Origin: Protoeuglena noctilucae
Taxonomy: Eukaryota
Reading direction: 5' to 3'
Assembly: GCA_958009085.1 (NCBI GenBank)
Contig: OY253687.1
Coordinates: 186,001-250,000, forward strand
DNA length: 64,000 nt
Shown here: positions 1 to 16,262 of the stretch, one piece after another
Layout of the letters: the number at the start of each line of letters is the position of its first letter
Position numbering within the stretch: the stretch's first letter is position 1
Translations under genes and position numbers: made by a program
Notes under the pieces: generated by a model
Told to the model about the DNA's origin: nothing
The model's database searches: none
What the model saw: the letters and a program-made list of their open reading frames with translations, nothing else

Positions 1-1266
1 GGGGCGGGAGGGTCCGGGGTGGCGGATCAGCTTGCGCAGCAGGTGCGCGACATGGCCCGGCAGAATGCGCGGCTCAAGTACGACGTGGCGGACCTAAAGG
101 ACAAGCTCAGCCGCACCATCGTCGAGGCGGGGGAGCGTCACGCCAACCCCCGCACGCGTGCCGTGGCGTTCCAGGGCCTCGCGTCGGATGCGGAGCTCAC
201 GGGCTCGCCTGCGAGGGGCGCGTCGGGCGGGTGAGGCTTCGGGCGTGCTTGGATCGCACCACGGTTGCCGAGGGCTTTGCCGGCGCTGGGAGGCACATGC
301 ACGCCGCCCTGAACGCTGTCCCAGCTTGCTCTGTCGACGCAGTCTGGGCCGAGAGCGCGTGGTGCGAGAGCTCGAGCGCATCACCAAAGACCTTGCCAAG
401 TCTCCGGCACTGCACCGACCGGGGGCGGCACTGCTGGGGGGCGCAGCCACAGGGGCCGTCAGCGAGCCCGCATCGCCGAACCGCGCGCCTCGTGGCTACT
501 TTGAGTTTGGAGAGAATGTGCTCGGCGGGCCGGGGGTCGACCTGCCCCGGGACAGGGAGGGGCTGGACCGGAGCCAGGTGTGTTGCATCTGGCCCTAGCA
601 TGAGAGGAGTTGTGCAGCCGAGTGTTCGGCTCCAGGTCATGATGTTCCAGCGCGATAGTTAAGCCTAGGTGCGCCGCTGTCTGCAGGTGGACCTGGGCCC
701 GACCCTCTCCGAGCCAGCCCCCGACCCTGACATGCGCGTCGGCCTGTGGTCGGTGGGACACAAGACGCAGCGGAGGGCCTTGAAAACCGAGCCGCGCTAC
801 CCGCGCCTCAGCATGGACCTCTCGGGCACCGTGATGAGGCACCACGGGGACCAGGGGGCAGCGGCGGCGGTGCTGGACCGAGCGGAGGACCGCGTCAGGA
901 AGGTGAGGCCTTGTTGTTGGAGTCAGATTGAGGCAAATAGTGGGGGAAAGCTGATGAGATCATCGGACAATTCATGTGCTGCATCGGTACCCCCGCAGGC
1001 CAAGCAGGCGATCCTCGATGCGGCACGGTACGAGCCGCCTGCGTCGACGATCAACGCCAACAGGGCCGCTGTGCGCCCGGGGACGGCTGTCTACGGGACC
1101 GAGGTCAAGAGCAGCAAGCTGCAGAGTTTCAGGTAAGGCCTGGCACAGTGGGTGTGGCACACCGGACCCAGACGTAGGGTGTCACTGCCGTGGTTCAAGT
1201 GGCACTTTGGGCAATCCCCCGGTCGACACCGCAGGAAAGTACTATCGGACACGAGGAGCGCCTTGA
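1..1266 (+). CDS. Uncharacterised protein, 5'-partial, multi-exon (coiled-coil N-terminal part)
   Basis: Five exon-like segments joined by GT..AG introns (QLAQQVRDMARQNARLKYDVADLKDKLS...; LGRERVVRELERITKDL...; VDLGPTLSEP...; AKQAILDAARYE...; KYYRTRGAP*). No family recognised. Confidence 0.55.
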
Positions 1267-1323
1267 AGGGGCTGTGAAGAGGCTCTGGTGCAACGCATGG
1301 TCGGGCAGCAAGGAGACGTGACG

Positions 1324-2745
1324 TCAGAAATGGTTGGGAGGTCGGGGCCCGGGGAACCCGCCCTGGAAGTTGGGGTTTCTCTGCGGTAGAGGACGAAACA
1401 ATGGACTTGGCATGGGGCGCAACCGCGTGCCAACAGGCAAACGTGGTAGTCGCATCGCAGGACGCCTCACTTTAGGGCACTCGTTGGGGCGGTGGCCGGG
1501 CATGCCGCAGTTGAAGCACACGGGCATTTGGCCCATGTGGCCCCCCATCATCCCTGGTCCCATGCCCATGCCCATCGGACCCATCGGCCCCACCGGGCCA
1601 GGCCCCATCGGCCCCATGCCCATGTGGCCCATCATCTGCGCGCTCCCCATCGGCATCGCGCCCATGGGGCCTCCCAGCGGCCCGCTGACCATGCCCGGCA
1701 CCATACCCATGCCCATGGGCGGGGCCCCGCCCCGGCTGCCGGCCACGCCCGCACCGCCCCTCCCGCCTGGCCCTGGCAGCACGCCCGGTGGCCGCATCAT
1801 GCCCATCCCCGGCATCGGCGGCGGGACCCTCCCCGGGGGCAGCGCCCGCTTATCCTCCATCGGCCCAAAGCCATAGTCCGCCGCGGGCAGCTCCCCCGCA
1901 GCGACCATCTGCCCGATACGCGGCGCTTCGGCCAGCGCCAGCTTGATCTCGGAGTCCCCGACGCGCTTCCCGTGGAGGCCCAGCACGGCACCCTCCGCCG
2001 AGACCTTGTCCTCAAACACAACCACGCAGCGGCCCTTCGACCGGCCCGTCGCGCGGTCCTCCGCGAACTGACGAAAGGAACCGTGAGCAGGATGTCGGTA
2101 CGTTGCTGACAGATGTGAGGCACGCTGCGGACGCCCGCGCAGGGCGCGCCCAGGCTCGCCTGGACGAGAAGCACGCGCCCGTACGTCGTGCAGGCCGCCT
2201 CCACCTCCGCGTCCGTGGTATGCCACTTCAGGTTGCCGACCAGCACTGGCGTGGCACCCTCCGGCATGGACTCGAACAGCATCCGCGACCCAGGGGCGCC
2301 GTCCGGAGCCTTGGCCCCCGTGTCGCCCGTCGTCCCCGCTGGGCCCGCATCGCCCCACTGCTGGCGCGGTTGCGAGTTTGAGCTAACGATGAGGCAATGC
2401 CATGCAAACGTGTTCTATCACCGAGCCCGCGTCTCCATCGGACCACCCGGCGCTGCGTGAGGAGCATTTGCTGCGTGTGGGCTGCTGCATCTCACCCCGT
2501 CGCGATCATCGCCTCCCCCCTGCTGTTCGTCATGCTGCGCTCCTCCAGCATCTCCATAGATATCGTCGTAGATGTCCTCCTCTCGGTCTCCCTCCTGGTC
2601 GCCACCTGGGGAGCGATCGAAACCCTTGTGCTGTTCATAAGCAGAAACGCGCCGCTTTCAGCGTCTTCCCGCGGCCGCCGTTGCACTCATCACCTCCAAA
2701 GCCGTGTGCACCGCCGATGTCAGCATAGATGTCGTCGTCTGCCAT
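1324..2745 (-). CDS. CPSF6: Cleavage factor Im large subunit-like (CPSF6/7, CFIm68/59): RRM, Pro/Gly/Met-rich region, CCHC knuckle
   Basis: N-terminal MADDDIYADIGG. RRM VLVGNLKWHTTDAEVE...QFAEDRATGRSKGRCVVVF resembles the CFIm68 GNLxWxTTD / FxExRxxGxSKG pattern. C-terminal CFNCGMPGHRPNEC. Confidence 0.75.
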
Positions 2746-3033
2746 GTTCCCGCGCCACGGCTGCCCCTCCACGTCACAAGGGTTCCGCAGCAGATCGTGG
2801 TGGTCGGCGCCGTGACACTGTCTTAGCACGTTCGTTTGAAACTCGCCCTTTACTAGCCAAAAGCGCATCCGCTGTTCTTGGAAAGCTGGGCATGTGTCTC
2901 AGACGTGCCGCGTCTGGCATGCGACTAAACTGGCGTCGCCTGCGAGCCCATCCGCATTCCCAAGCATATCATCTATCGAATGCAGCTAGCCTCACGGCGA
3001 CGCTGCCCCTTTGCACCGCGCACATGTCGCTCA

Positions 3034-7063
<4,030 letters not shown>

Positions 7064-7621
7064 GGCGCGAACCCGTTTCCCTCCGCACCGCTTTGAACAG
7101 ACTGGCGAGCTCCACCACGCTCGCACGGCCGGTGTATAGCGACTGAGGCGTCCTTTTAGTCAGGAGAAACGTGGGGCCAGCTAACCGTGCGGGGCCTTCA
7201 GGAAAAAGCTCGCTACAGAGGCTTGCGACGCACCGTCCGCCCTCAATGCTAGAGGAGCGCGCGGATTCCTGCAAGAGTACGCAAGCGGTAATTGTGCTTC
7301 TGCATGCGTGTTCTTGCTGGCGAGCAGCCCCAGCGCGATGCTGAGGTGGGGCCCAATCTGGCGTAGGAAGGGCACTGGCGCGGATGCCGCGAGGAGACAA
7401 GCCAGCCCCCTCTCGAGCTGCCGACACATTCCATCACTGTAGCTCTACGCCTGACGTGACACGCCGTCCTGCACCGTATTCAGAGTCGCGGGTTTTTGTG
7501 CCTGCAAATCCGAAGCGTGTGGTGGAGCTCCTGGCTGGTCGCTGCGGCGCGGCTCGCATCGCTTGCTGCCCTCGCTTTCAGTTCACTCGCCCAGGTCGTG
7601 ATACCAGTGCCGGGGAAGAAG

Positions 7622-9649
7622 ATGGGGATGGGGAGGCTCGGGACGGGGGCTCTCGCGGCCCTGCTTGCCGCCGGGGTCCTGCTCGCGCTCGGGGGCGAAT
7701 ATGCGGCTTTCGCGCAGGCCACGACAGCGACTACGTCTTCCGCTCCAAGTCCTGACCTGGGATGCGCCAACAACCTCATCCTGACGACTTCCACAGGTAT
7801 GGCATGTTGCCTCTGCGCTTCGCCCAGCGGCCCTCGCTGCCGGGAGATCACGGCGTGTGCTTTCGGTCTGTGTGCAGCGTGCATGGAGGCGATTGCGATG
7901 GACCAGGTCCAGATGCTGGCGGCCCACCGTGGGTACCACACTCCACCGGGCGGCCGGGACCAGCTTCAGGCCGAGATGCGCTTCCTCGTGCTCGGGAACA
8001 TCGTGAATCAGGGCGAAGAGAGGAATGCGCAGCAGGTGGCCCGGCAGTTCAGCCTGTCCTACGCCAACATCACCGCCCTGGTGGACAACTACAGCATCTC
8101 GGCCGTGCAGCTCGACCTGTGGAAGGACAGCGCCGGTGGCCGGTTCCGGTACGCGGCCGTCCTCAAGGTGACCAGGAGCTGGATACCGTCGGGTGGGGGT
8201 TCATGGGACCGCATCGGCTGGTGAACGCTCGCGGACTGGCGGGGTCGCAGGTCGCGGGGAACTACGAGAACCCTCAGCTCAGCGGAGACCTGGGACCGGA
8301 CATGTCGACACCGGGGTACAAGGTGCTGACCACGCCCGACGCGGACTGGGGCACCAATTGCCAGCTCCTGACGCAATGCCTGGACCAGCTGGTGGCTGGT
8401 GCATCTTCGTCCCTTTTCCCCATCTTCGTGTACCTCAACTACAGGGACGACAACATTGCCGACGTCTTCGACGAGGTAAGTTAGCCTGGCAGTGGGAGGG
8501 CGCCATGATGTGGGGCAGGCCGCCTCATGTGTCGGCACACTCGCGCCCCCGCCCTGGTTGCAGCTCGGGGGTCCCGGCACCCTGGACACGCTCGACGCCG
8601 TGCTGAAGAGCATCTCCGGCCCGCCAACGTCGATCTCCACGGCTGAGGCGGTGGGGTCCACCGACTGGGCAGACATCCAGACCGAGGTGTCGTCCAAGGT
8701 GGCGCGGACGTCCATCATCGCCCCGGGAGATCTCTCCGTGGTAAACGATCAAGTGCAGTGGCCGAGCCTGGCCTCTGCCAAGGGCAAGTTCGTCTTCATC
8801 GCCCAGGGCACTGCAACGGACCAGGTCGTCAACCTGGGCTCGTCCCGAATCCTCCACACGTGCGTCGGGGGTGTGAGCACAGCCCCTTGACCATGAGCAA
8901 TGCGGCCGGCCTGCGAGCAGGACCACTGCGCCCTCCCCTTGATTGCAGCCTGTGGGATGTGGGCAACGTGACGAGCACGAGCGGCAGCCTTAGTCCCGTC
9001 ACCGTCGACACTGCTTTCGTAAATGTCACCGTCGGGGACGCTTACATCTCGAAGGCAATTGCCCAAGTGCGCCGCGGGTCGTTGTGGTACAGCGGCAGGC
9101 CCCCAGCCAGGGCAGCAGGGACATCGGCACTATCTGCACCCGCAATCTGCCTGCAGCGTCGCATCACGACCGCGCTCGGAGCCATTATGGAGGTGCCTTC
9201 CACGATCCCCGCGGACCAGCGCGAGTCATCCTCCGCGCGCACCAGCCTCTCCACCACCGACATCGCCACCTTCTCCGCCGCCGGCGGCCACATCCTCCAG
9301 ACGGACTTCCTGGTCGACCAGGAGGTCGACATCTCGGTGGGAAGCCTCTTCGTCAGGGAATCCTTCCCCAAGGCGAGGCAGGAAGCCATGGAAACATGCT
9401 CCCGCGCCGCGCACGCTGCTGTGCCCCACTAAAAACACTGCCTGCCGTCGGCTGCAGACCGCCTTCAGCAAGGGCGCTGTCGTGCAGTGCAACAACTCGA
9501 CCGTGAGCTCGATGGCCCAGAGCATGGGCTGCTGCGTGCCGGCGGTCACGTTCAAGTGCCCCTCGTCTGGCTTCGCGTCCGCCTCCCTGGGCTTGCCCCT
9601 CGTCCTCCTGGCCCTTCTTGCCGGGATGGGCATGTTCGTAGCCTTTTGA
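7622..9649 (+). CDS. Secreted/GPI-anchored PI-PLC-like phosphodiesterase (bacterial Ca2+-dependent PI-PLC-like family)
   Basis: Signal peptide GALAALLAAGVLLALGG. Motifs DQVQMLAAHRGYH, QLDLWKDSAGGRF, PGYKVL, WPSLASAKGKFVFI. Hydrophobic C-terminal tail SASLGLPLVLLALLAGMGMFVAF*. Confidence 0.65.
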
Positions 9650-9958
9650 TGCCGTTTCGTGCATCCGCGGCCTCGCCAGCCTCCCTCTGGCGTGTCGCAG
9701 GAGCGCCAACGTCCTGGTCTCAGCTTCGCCCCCGGTCAGCGCGCGCGGGTGAGAACCTCGCTTGACCTTGCGTGTGCTGGATGAGACGACCGGGCTGAGA
9801 TCCCTTTTAGTTCGACCGGGGCCAGCGATAGTTGTTTAAGGCCCTCTCTTAACCTCCCTGCGCGACGCCGATCGGACCTGCAGCAGAAACTGATTGACGC
9901 CAGCTGCTGAGCCCGCGGGCTTCGTCGCTGTCGCGACGGCGCAGGGTTTGCATGCCGG

Positions 9959-12372
9959 ATGGTCTTTCTGTCGCGGTCCCAGGCCCTGAGCTCGGCCTAC
10001 GGCACGCTGGTAGCCTTCTTCGTGATCGCCATTGTGGTGGCGAGCCTGCCCTCGCACCGGAAATATCTCAAAAGCCTCGACTCATACCTGGTGCGTTGTT
10101 GCGTCCGCTCTCGCCCTATCGGCGTTCTCGCGGCTCCAGCGGAGGCTGCAGCCCGCGCGACTGTCGCTGATATCGAGTGCTGCCGCTGGCCGTTTCGATG
10201 CAGCCCGCACGACTGTCGCTGTCGCTGCTATCAAGTGCTTCCGCTGGCCGTTTCGATGCAGTCCGCGCGGCGGTCCGTGGGGGCGATTCGCCTGGGCTTC
10301 TCGTTCTTCTCATCCGCCATGGGCTCCTGGATCGTCTTCGGCGTCCCCCAAGCCGGCGCCCTCATGGGACCGTGGGGTGTCATAGGGTACACGCTCGCGC
10401 TGGTGGTCCCCTTCTTCATCGGTGAGGCTGGCGGCCCGCGGTCTGCCGCTGCGTGACTGCTTGCCGCTGCCTGTCCCCGAGCTATCACCCTGACCGCGTC
10501 TCTCCTCGACCTGCAGTCGCTAGACTCGCGATGACGGTGATGCGCTGCGCGCCCGAGGGCATCACCTCTCTTGAGTTCATTAGAAAGCGATTTGGGTCTT
10601 TTTTCTACTACATCTGCCTCCTGGTATCGATATACTTCATGTTTATCTTCATGGTGGCTGAGGCAAGTGCTCTCCAGCTTTCAGTGACGCTGCGCGCTGT
10701 CGACCCATGCCGTGTATGCCTAGTAAGCCACGTGCTTGTTGCATCCCGCGCAGTACACGGCATCCAGCAATGCCATCCTGTCGTTGACGAGCTTCACCAC
10801 GCGGGAGACGTGGCAAATCACCCTCGGCGTGGCGCTCATCACGGCGGCCTACACCGCCTACGGTGGCCTCATCACGTCCATCTCCACTGACTTCGTGCAA
10901 GGGATCATCGTCATCGTTTTGGGTGAGAACGACGCTGCGGCCTTGGCAGCCCCGTCCCACGTGACCCCGCCTGGGCTCTGCACCTGACCCAGCCCTCGCG
11001 CGCCGCCACAGTGATTGTGGGATGCGCGGCGGCCTTCAGCCAGAGCACCGCTCCCGCGAGCGCCATCAACGCGGCCGCGAAGTGGACCAGCCAGGGCTTC
11101 GGGACCCTGACCTCCCTGATGATCGGCCTGTCTGGGGCGACGCTGTTCAACCAGTCGGTGTGGCTCCGGTGCTACGCCGCCAAGGACAACTGGGCCATGT
11201 GGAAGGGCATCATTCTCGGGGCGCTCCTCATCGCTCCCACCATGATCCTCTTCGGCCTGTCGGGGATCCTCTCTCTCGCCGAGTTCCCCATCGACACCCG
11301 GTCGGCGAGTGACGCTTTGCCTGCTCTGCCAGCACCCGAGCAACACACCCACGTCGCAGCTGCCCTCTCGGCATGCCGTGATTCCTTGCACGGCGCGTCC
11401 GACGCCACGCAAGCCGTCCTGTCCTTCCCCGCAGCTCCCGGAGCTGTCCTTCTTCTACCTCATCTCCTCCCTCAGCTACTCGTGGCAGTACGTGCTGGTC
11501 ATCATGATCGTGTCGCTCGTGTGCTCGTCGGCCGACTCGGCGCAGAACGCACTCACGGCCATCCTGACGGTGGAGGTGGAGAAGATCCCCTGGGAGCCCA
11601 TCCGCAAGAAGCCCCTCATCGTGGCACGGGTCGTCGCCTTGCTCCTCCAGGTGCGCGTCACGACGTGTAAGCGCCCTCCTGAAGCCGGCTGGCATGCGTG
11701 GCACGACCTGCCACACCATGCTCCCCCTCGCGGCCTCGCAAGCACCCGTAGACCCGCCACTCGCGGCGCCTTCTCGCAGGGCCCTGCCATCGGCCTGGCT
11801 TCCGGGAGCGCTGACATCCTGCGTCTCTTCCTCATCGCCGACATCGTCGCGGCCTCCGTCATGCTGCCCGCCTACCTCGGCCTCTTCCCCTTCTTCACCA
11901 TGGTGAGCCCTCTGGCTGGATGTGCGCCAGTGCATATCTCCGCTCAGTTCAGATGCAGGCTTGCTCACAGCTGTTCCTGGCTCCCTCGCCCACGCAGAAG
12001 GGCGCCATCTGCGGTGCGGCTGCGGGCTTCCTCTCCGTGTTTGTCCAGGGCTGGGTGGATGGCCCCACCCTGGCGGCCGGGTTCAAGCAGCTGAGCATGC
12101 CGGGCGGCATTTACGCCAACGCCACGACCGTGTCGTTCGTCCTCTCCTTCTGCGTGTCTGGCGTCGCGGCGGCCGTGGTCTCGTACATCGACCGCATGTA
12201 TGCGCACATCGTGCGGACCCGGGCGTACCTCAAGGCGATCGCCGCGAAGGAGCACTGGGAGATGGAGGAGGAGGAGGACGAGTCGCTGCTGCGGCGACCC
12301 AGCTCGGGGCAAGTGGTCCCGTCAGGGACGGTGCTCAGGGAGACGCCCTCGACTGGCAGGCAGGCATGGTAG
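9959..12372 (+). CDS. Sodium:solute symporter (SSS/DUR3-like) family membrane transporter
   Basis: Many TM segments across exons. FSFFSSAMGSWIVFGVPQ, YTAYGGLITSISTDFVQG, FNQSVWLRCYAAKD, SSADSAQNA are typical SSS-family motifs. Confidence 0.8.
10148..10270 (+). repeat. Imperfect tandem duplication (~52-58 bp, about 2.2 copies) spanning an intron 3' end
   Basis: The unit GCAGCCCGCxCGACTGTCGCTG...CCGCTGGCCGTTTCGAT occurs at 10148 and 10200, followed by GCAGTCCGCGCG at 10258. Confidence 0.9.
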
Positions 12373-12612
12373 ACTTTTAGCCTTCTTTCGATCGCATCCG
12401 TTACCCTAGCATGCGTGTGATCGACCTAAACTAGCAAGCGCCGCGCAGAGGCCGTTAAACTAGCAAAGATAGCCGAGGCGCACACAGCTGCCGTTGCCAA
12501 CGCCCGCGCGGCATCGCAGCTGCCCCCAGCATTGCTTGCCCAACGCTTGAGAAGGGTTGCGCCTGGAGAGACTCGAAAGCGGGTCGTTTCCCGCGGGACG
12601 GGGTGTGACAGG

Positions 12613-14040
12613 ATGCCAAAGGGCGACGACCCCGAGAGCCTCCTCAAGAAGGGGATCAAGCTCGTCTCGCCGAACCCTCTGCTGCTTCGCTTCAAACCGG
12701 ACTGGACGGCGGCCGTTCCGGTGTTTGAGGAGGCAGCCAATGGCTTCCGCATCGCAAAGAACTGGTGAATGTTTCAAGGGATCCGTGCGTCGCCCTTTCG
12801 ACGAGGAACGCCACGAATGCCGCGCTTGCGTGCGGAGAATATATGACGCGTCATGTCGCTGCCGGATTTCGCAGGGCCAAGGCCAAGGAGGCGTTCGAAC
12901 GGGCTGCGCACGCGCAAAACAACGCGGGGTCGCCCTGGCACGCGGGGAAGGACTACGAGGCCGCAGCTCAGATGGCGTACGAGATGAGGGACGTCACTGG
13001 CGTGAGCGACATGACGCGGGAGGCCATGACGCACTACGGTGACCGGGCGAGATGAAGGTGCTGGGCGATGCTGGTCTCCCAGCTTTTTTTCGCACTATGA
13101 GGTGATGCCCGCGTCCTGCACTCGCAGCGCTGGCATCGCGCGCCAACGCGGCAGCGCAGGCCCTGTCGAAGGGGGCGCAGATGCTGAAGCAGCACGACCC
13201 CGACCTCGCTGCGCGCCTCTACCGCGAGGCCATCCAGACGGCGGAGGGGGACATGCAGGAGCACCTCACCATCGACGTGTACAGGTGAGACGCTGTCACG
13301 GATCCAACGCGACGCTGCAACGGCCCGCTCCAGCGGCTCTGCACCTCAGCTCGTGACGTGAGCGTCGACTCGCAGGGAGGCCATCCAGGCGCTGGTGCAG
13401 ATGGGCAAGTGGCCGGACGCCGCCGTCGTGTTGATGAAGTTCGCGGTGGCGTGCGACGTCACCAACCAGACGAACGCGCAGTCCAAGGCCTACCTCAGCT
13501 GCGTGGTCGTCCACCTCACGAACCGCGGTGGGCCGCCAGAGCTGCTTGCAGCGCACTGCGTGGAACCAGCTGCATACGGTATGCACGAACTGCTGCTCGT
13601 TTTGTTCAACGCGCAGATGCACCACAGGCGTGGAAGTGCTACCAGGACGCGATGACGGTGCCCACGTTCGCCAGCTCCGACGAGGCACTGGCGGCCGATG
13701 CGCTCTTCGTGGCCTACGCCTCTGGAGACCCCGCTAAAGGTAGTTACAGCCCGCGACGCCGCGCAAGCACTGGGCAAGGCTTGCACACGTGGGGCAGGCG
13801 AGACAACAGGAGTGACTCGCACTCGCCCCCGCAGTCCGCGAGTGCGTCCAATCGCATGCGACGTTCCGCTACATCGAGAACAGCGTTGCGCTGCTCGCCA
13901 AAGCGCTCCCCGCCGGCGACATGCTCCCACAGGCCCAGTTCATCGCACAGGCCCTTGGGGCAAACCAGACGGCAGGCGTCGACCTGGCGTCCGATCCCCA
14001 GGGCACCGCGGGCGCCCTAAACGAGGACGATCTCGCGTAG
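12613..14040 (+). CDS. NAPG: Gamma-soluble NSF attachment protein
   Basis: LLRFKPDWTAAVPVFEEAANGFR, SPWHAGKDYEAA, SKAYLSCVVVHL, acidic C-terminus NEDDLA*. Confidence 0.85.
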
Positions 14041-14063
14041 CGCGGTCCCCGCGTCGGCAGCTG

Positions 14064-14668
14064 TCAGCTTGCGGGCTTGGCCCTCCCCGCGTTGGCGTCC
14101 ACGAGGGGCAGACGCTGGAGCCCCTCCCCACTGCAACCAGGGCCCGCATTGCGCGCTTTATGGCGCCCGACTCGCTGCTCGTCGCGCAAGTGTGAAGCAG
14201 CGGGCCATGCCGCACCTGGACCTCAGGATGGCAGCCTCGGCATAGACCACGTCCCACGTGCCCGGTCCCAGGGCTTGGTAGATGGCGGGGTGGCCCCAGC
14301 CCGACTGCCGTCGGAGGCTGACGCGGATGTCGCACTTCGCCACGGGGCCCTCCATCGTGTAGACCACCAGCGCAGCTTCCCCGCCGGCACGGAAGACCAC
14401 AGAGTCATGGTACCACGGCCCCGGGGCCAAGTCCGCCCCCCCTAGCTTCTTGACCAGCTCATCGTTCCCTCTTGCGGCCGCCAGCGACTTCCTGGGCGCA
14501 GATGGGCTCTGAATTTGGCAACTGTACTTGCCACACCGTTCCGTGTCGCGCTCAGTCGCCGTGCGCTCACTCGATCGCCTCGCGCCGCACTGATGTCTCG
14601 GTGGCGAAAGCCGCAACGCTGTAAATGGATGCCCCGAGAAGCACGCCGCCGGCCGCACTGCGCAACAT
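14064..14668 (-). CDS. Small single-TM protein, possibly Coa1/Tim21-like mitochondrial inner-membrane assembly factor
   Basis: Three exons reconstruct MLRSAAGGVLLGASIYSVAAF-ATETSVRREAIEKSLAAARGNDELVKKLGG...GPWY...MEGPVAKCDIRV...GTWDVV...*. This pattern (TM, helix, LG, beta strands with GP and W) resembles the Coa1 domain. Family call tentative. Confidence 0.45.
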
Positions 14669-14987
14669 CCACGAGGCTCCTGTGTCCGCTGCACCCACCG
14701 TACAACTCGCGCCAAGGTCTTCCGGCTAGCAGGAAATGTGCGATGTTTGGCACACACGTCGCGGGCGGTGACACGTCGAAGCGGCGAAAGGTGCTGACAA
14801 AATCTGGCGCCGACGCGCCACTCTCTCATCACGTCTCTCCCCGGCAGAGCGGGCGGAGATTGCGATCTGCCGCATTGCTAGTCGACGGTGGCGTGAGCGG
14901 GCAGACCCTTTTTTCACGGACGGCAGTCGCGGAGATTCGAACTCTTTGGGTGGCCAGGCGCTGGGCCCCGCGCCCTTTTTAACCGGG

Positions 14988-15978
14988 ATGGCCACGGTCC
15001 CAGTCCCCGCCGACCACACGCTGCGGCGAACTGAGATCCGTGCGTCTCCCAGCCACGTAGACTTCAATGCCAAGGCGAAGCGCCGGCCTGCTTTTAACGC
15101 GTTCCCGGGGGCTGCTGCCGTTGCGGCCCACCCGTCGATTCCCGTGCGTTCCCCCCCCTGCCCGCAGGATACTTTGATCACGATTATTCCGAACTTTACG
15201 ATGGGAATGTTGAATCTGAGCGGAGGCGACGTGGGGCCGTTCCACCCCAACTTCCCCGTCGAGGTTCCCCTCTGGTTGGCTCTGGTGCTGAGGTGCGCCC
15301 CGCGCTCGGGCTGCCAAGTATCCGCTCCGCAGCGAGGCAGCGCTGACGTCCCTGTTGGACCTGGGCTGCAGGAAGAAGCTGCGCTGCACCATCCAGCCCC
15401 CCAAGTGGATGAGCGTCGACAACTTGACCGCGGCGATCGACAAGGAGCGGGCGTCGCGGTCCGCGTGGTCGGAAATGCCGCTCTACTACGTGGAGGTGGT
15501 GCGGGCGCTCATCGCGCACGCGCGGGAGGACTTCGGCGCAGCGGCAGACGTTGTGGAGGAGAAGCTGGGCGAGCTGCTGGGCATCCGGTGGAGCAAGGTG
15601 GAGACGGGTGCGGCCCCGCGCAAGCTGCCTGCCGCAGGCGTCGTGCGCACGACTCCCCTTGCATGGAGATGCTAGCGTACACCAGCGTCCAAGCCCAGGC
15701 ATCCCTGGGCATGCCTCGCAGGGCTGGCGCAAATATCGGGAGCCATGGAGCCGCAGCTCAACAACATATCGGCATACGAGTGCAACATGCTCCGGCCTTT
15801 CCTGGTTAATGCGCTGGACGCGTTTCGGAAGCAGCAGAGCCACGTGGCGCCTGGGCGGGGGGAGTTCTATGCACCAAGAGAGGAGCGGGCAGCGCCGGCC
15901 GCCCCAGCCGCGCCCGAGCCCGAGCCCGCACCAGCGCAGGCCCGCGAGCGGCGCGAGCCGAGGAGACTGCGCCGGTAG
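14988..15978 (+). CDS. GINS2: GINS complex subunit PSF2
   Basis: DTLITIIPNF, GPFHPNFPVEVPLWLALVL, KLRCTIQPPKWMSV, MPLYYVEV, IRWSKV, LNNISAYECNMLRPFL. Confidence 0.93.
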
Positions 15979-16262
15979 CGCCAGGTCCTGCCGCCGCGCC
16001 CCACGCACAGCGCAACGTATGCCGTTCAGTCCCATGTTGGAACCAGACTCCCCTCAGCTTTGGATATCATGCTCCGGGCGATATCCTATCATCAGGTTTG
16101 AGCAGCGAAACCGTCATGATGTCTGCATTCTTGAAACGTGCTCATGAGGTGCTTGTTCCGTCCACCCTCTTCAAAGGATGGCAGGGAGTCTAGGCACGGC
16201 TAGGCAGCCCAGGTGGCTTCCACCTTGTCTTGGCATACGCATCCACGACCACACGCGTGGCG

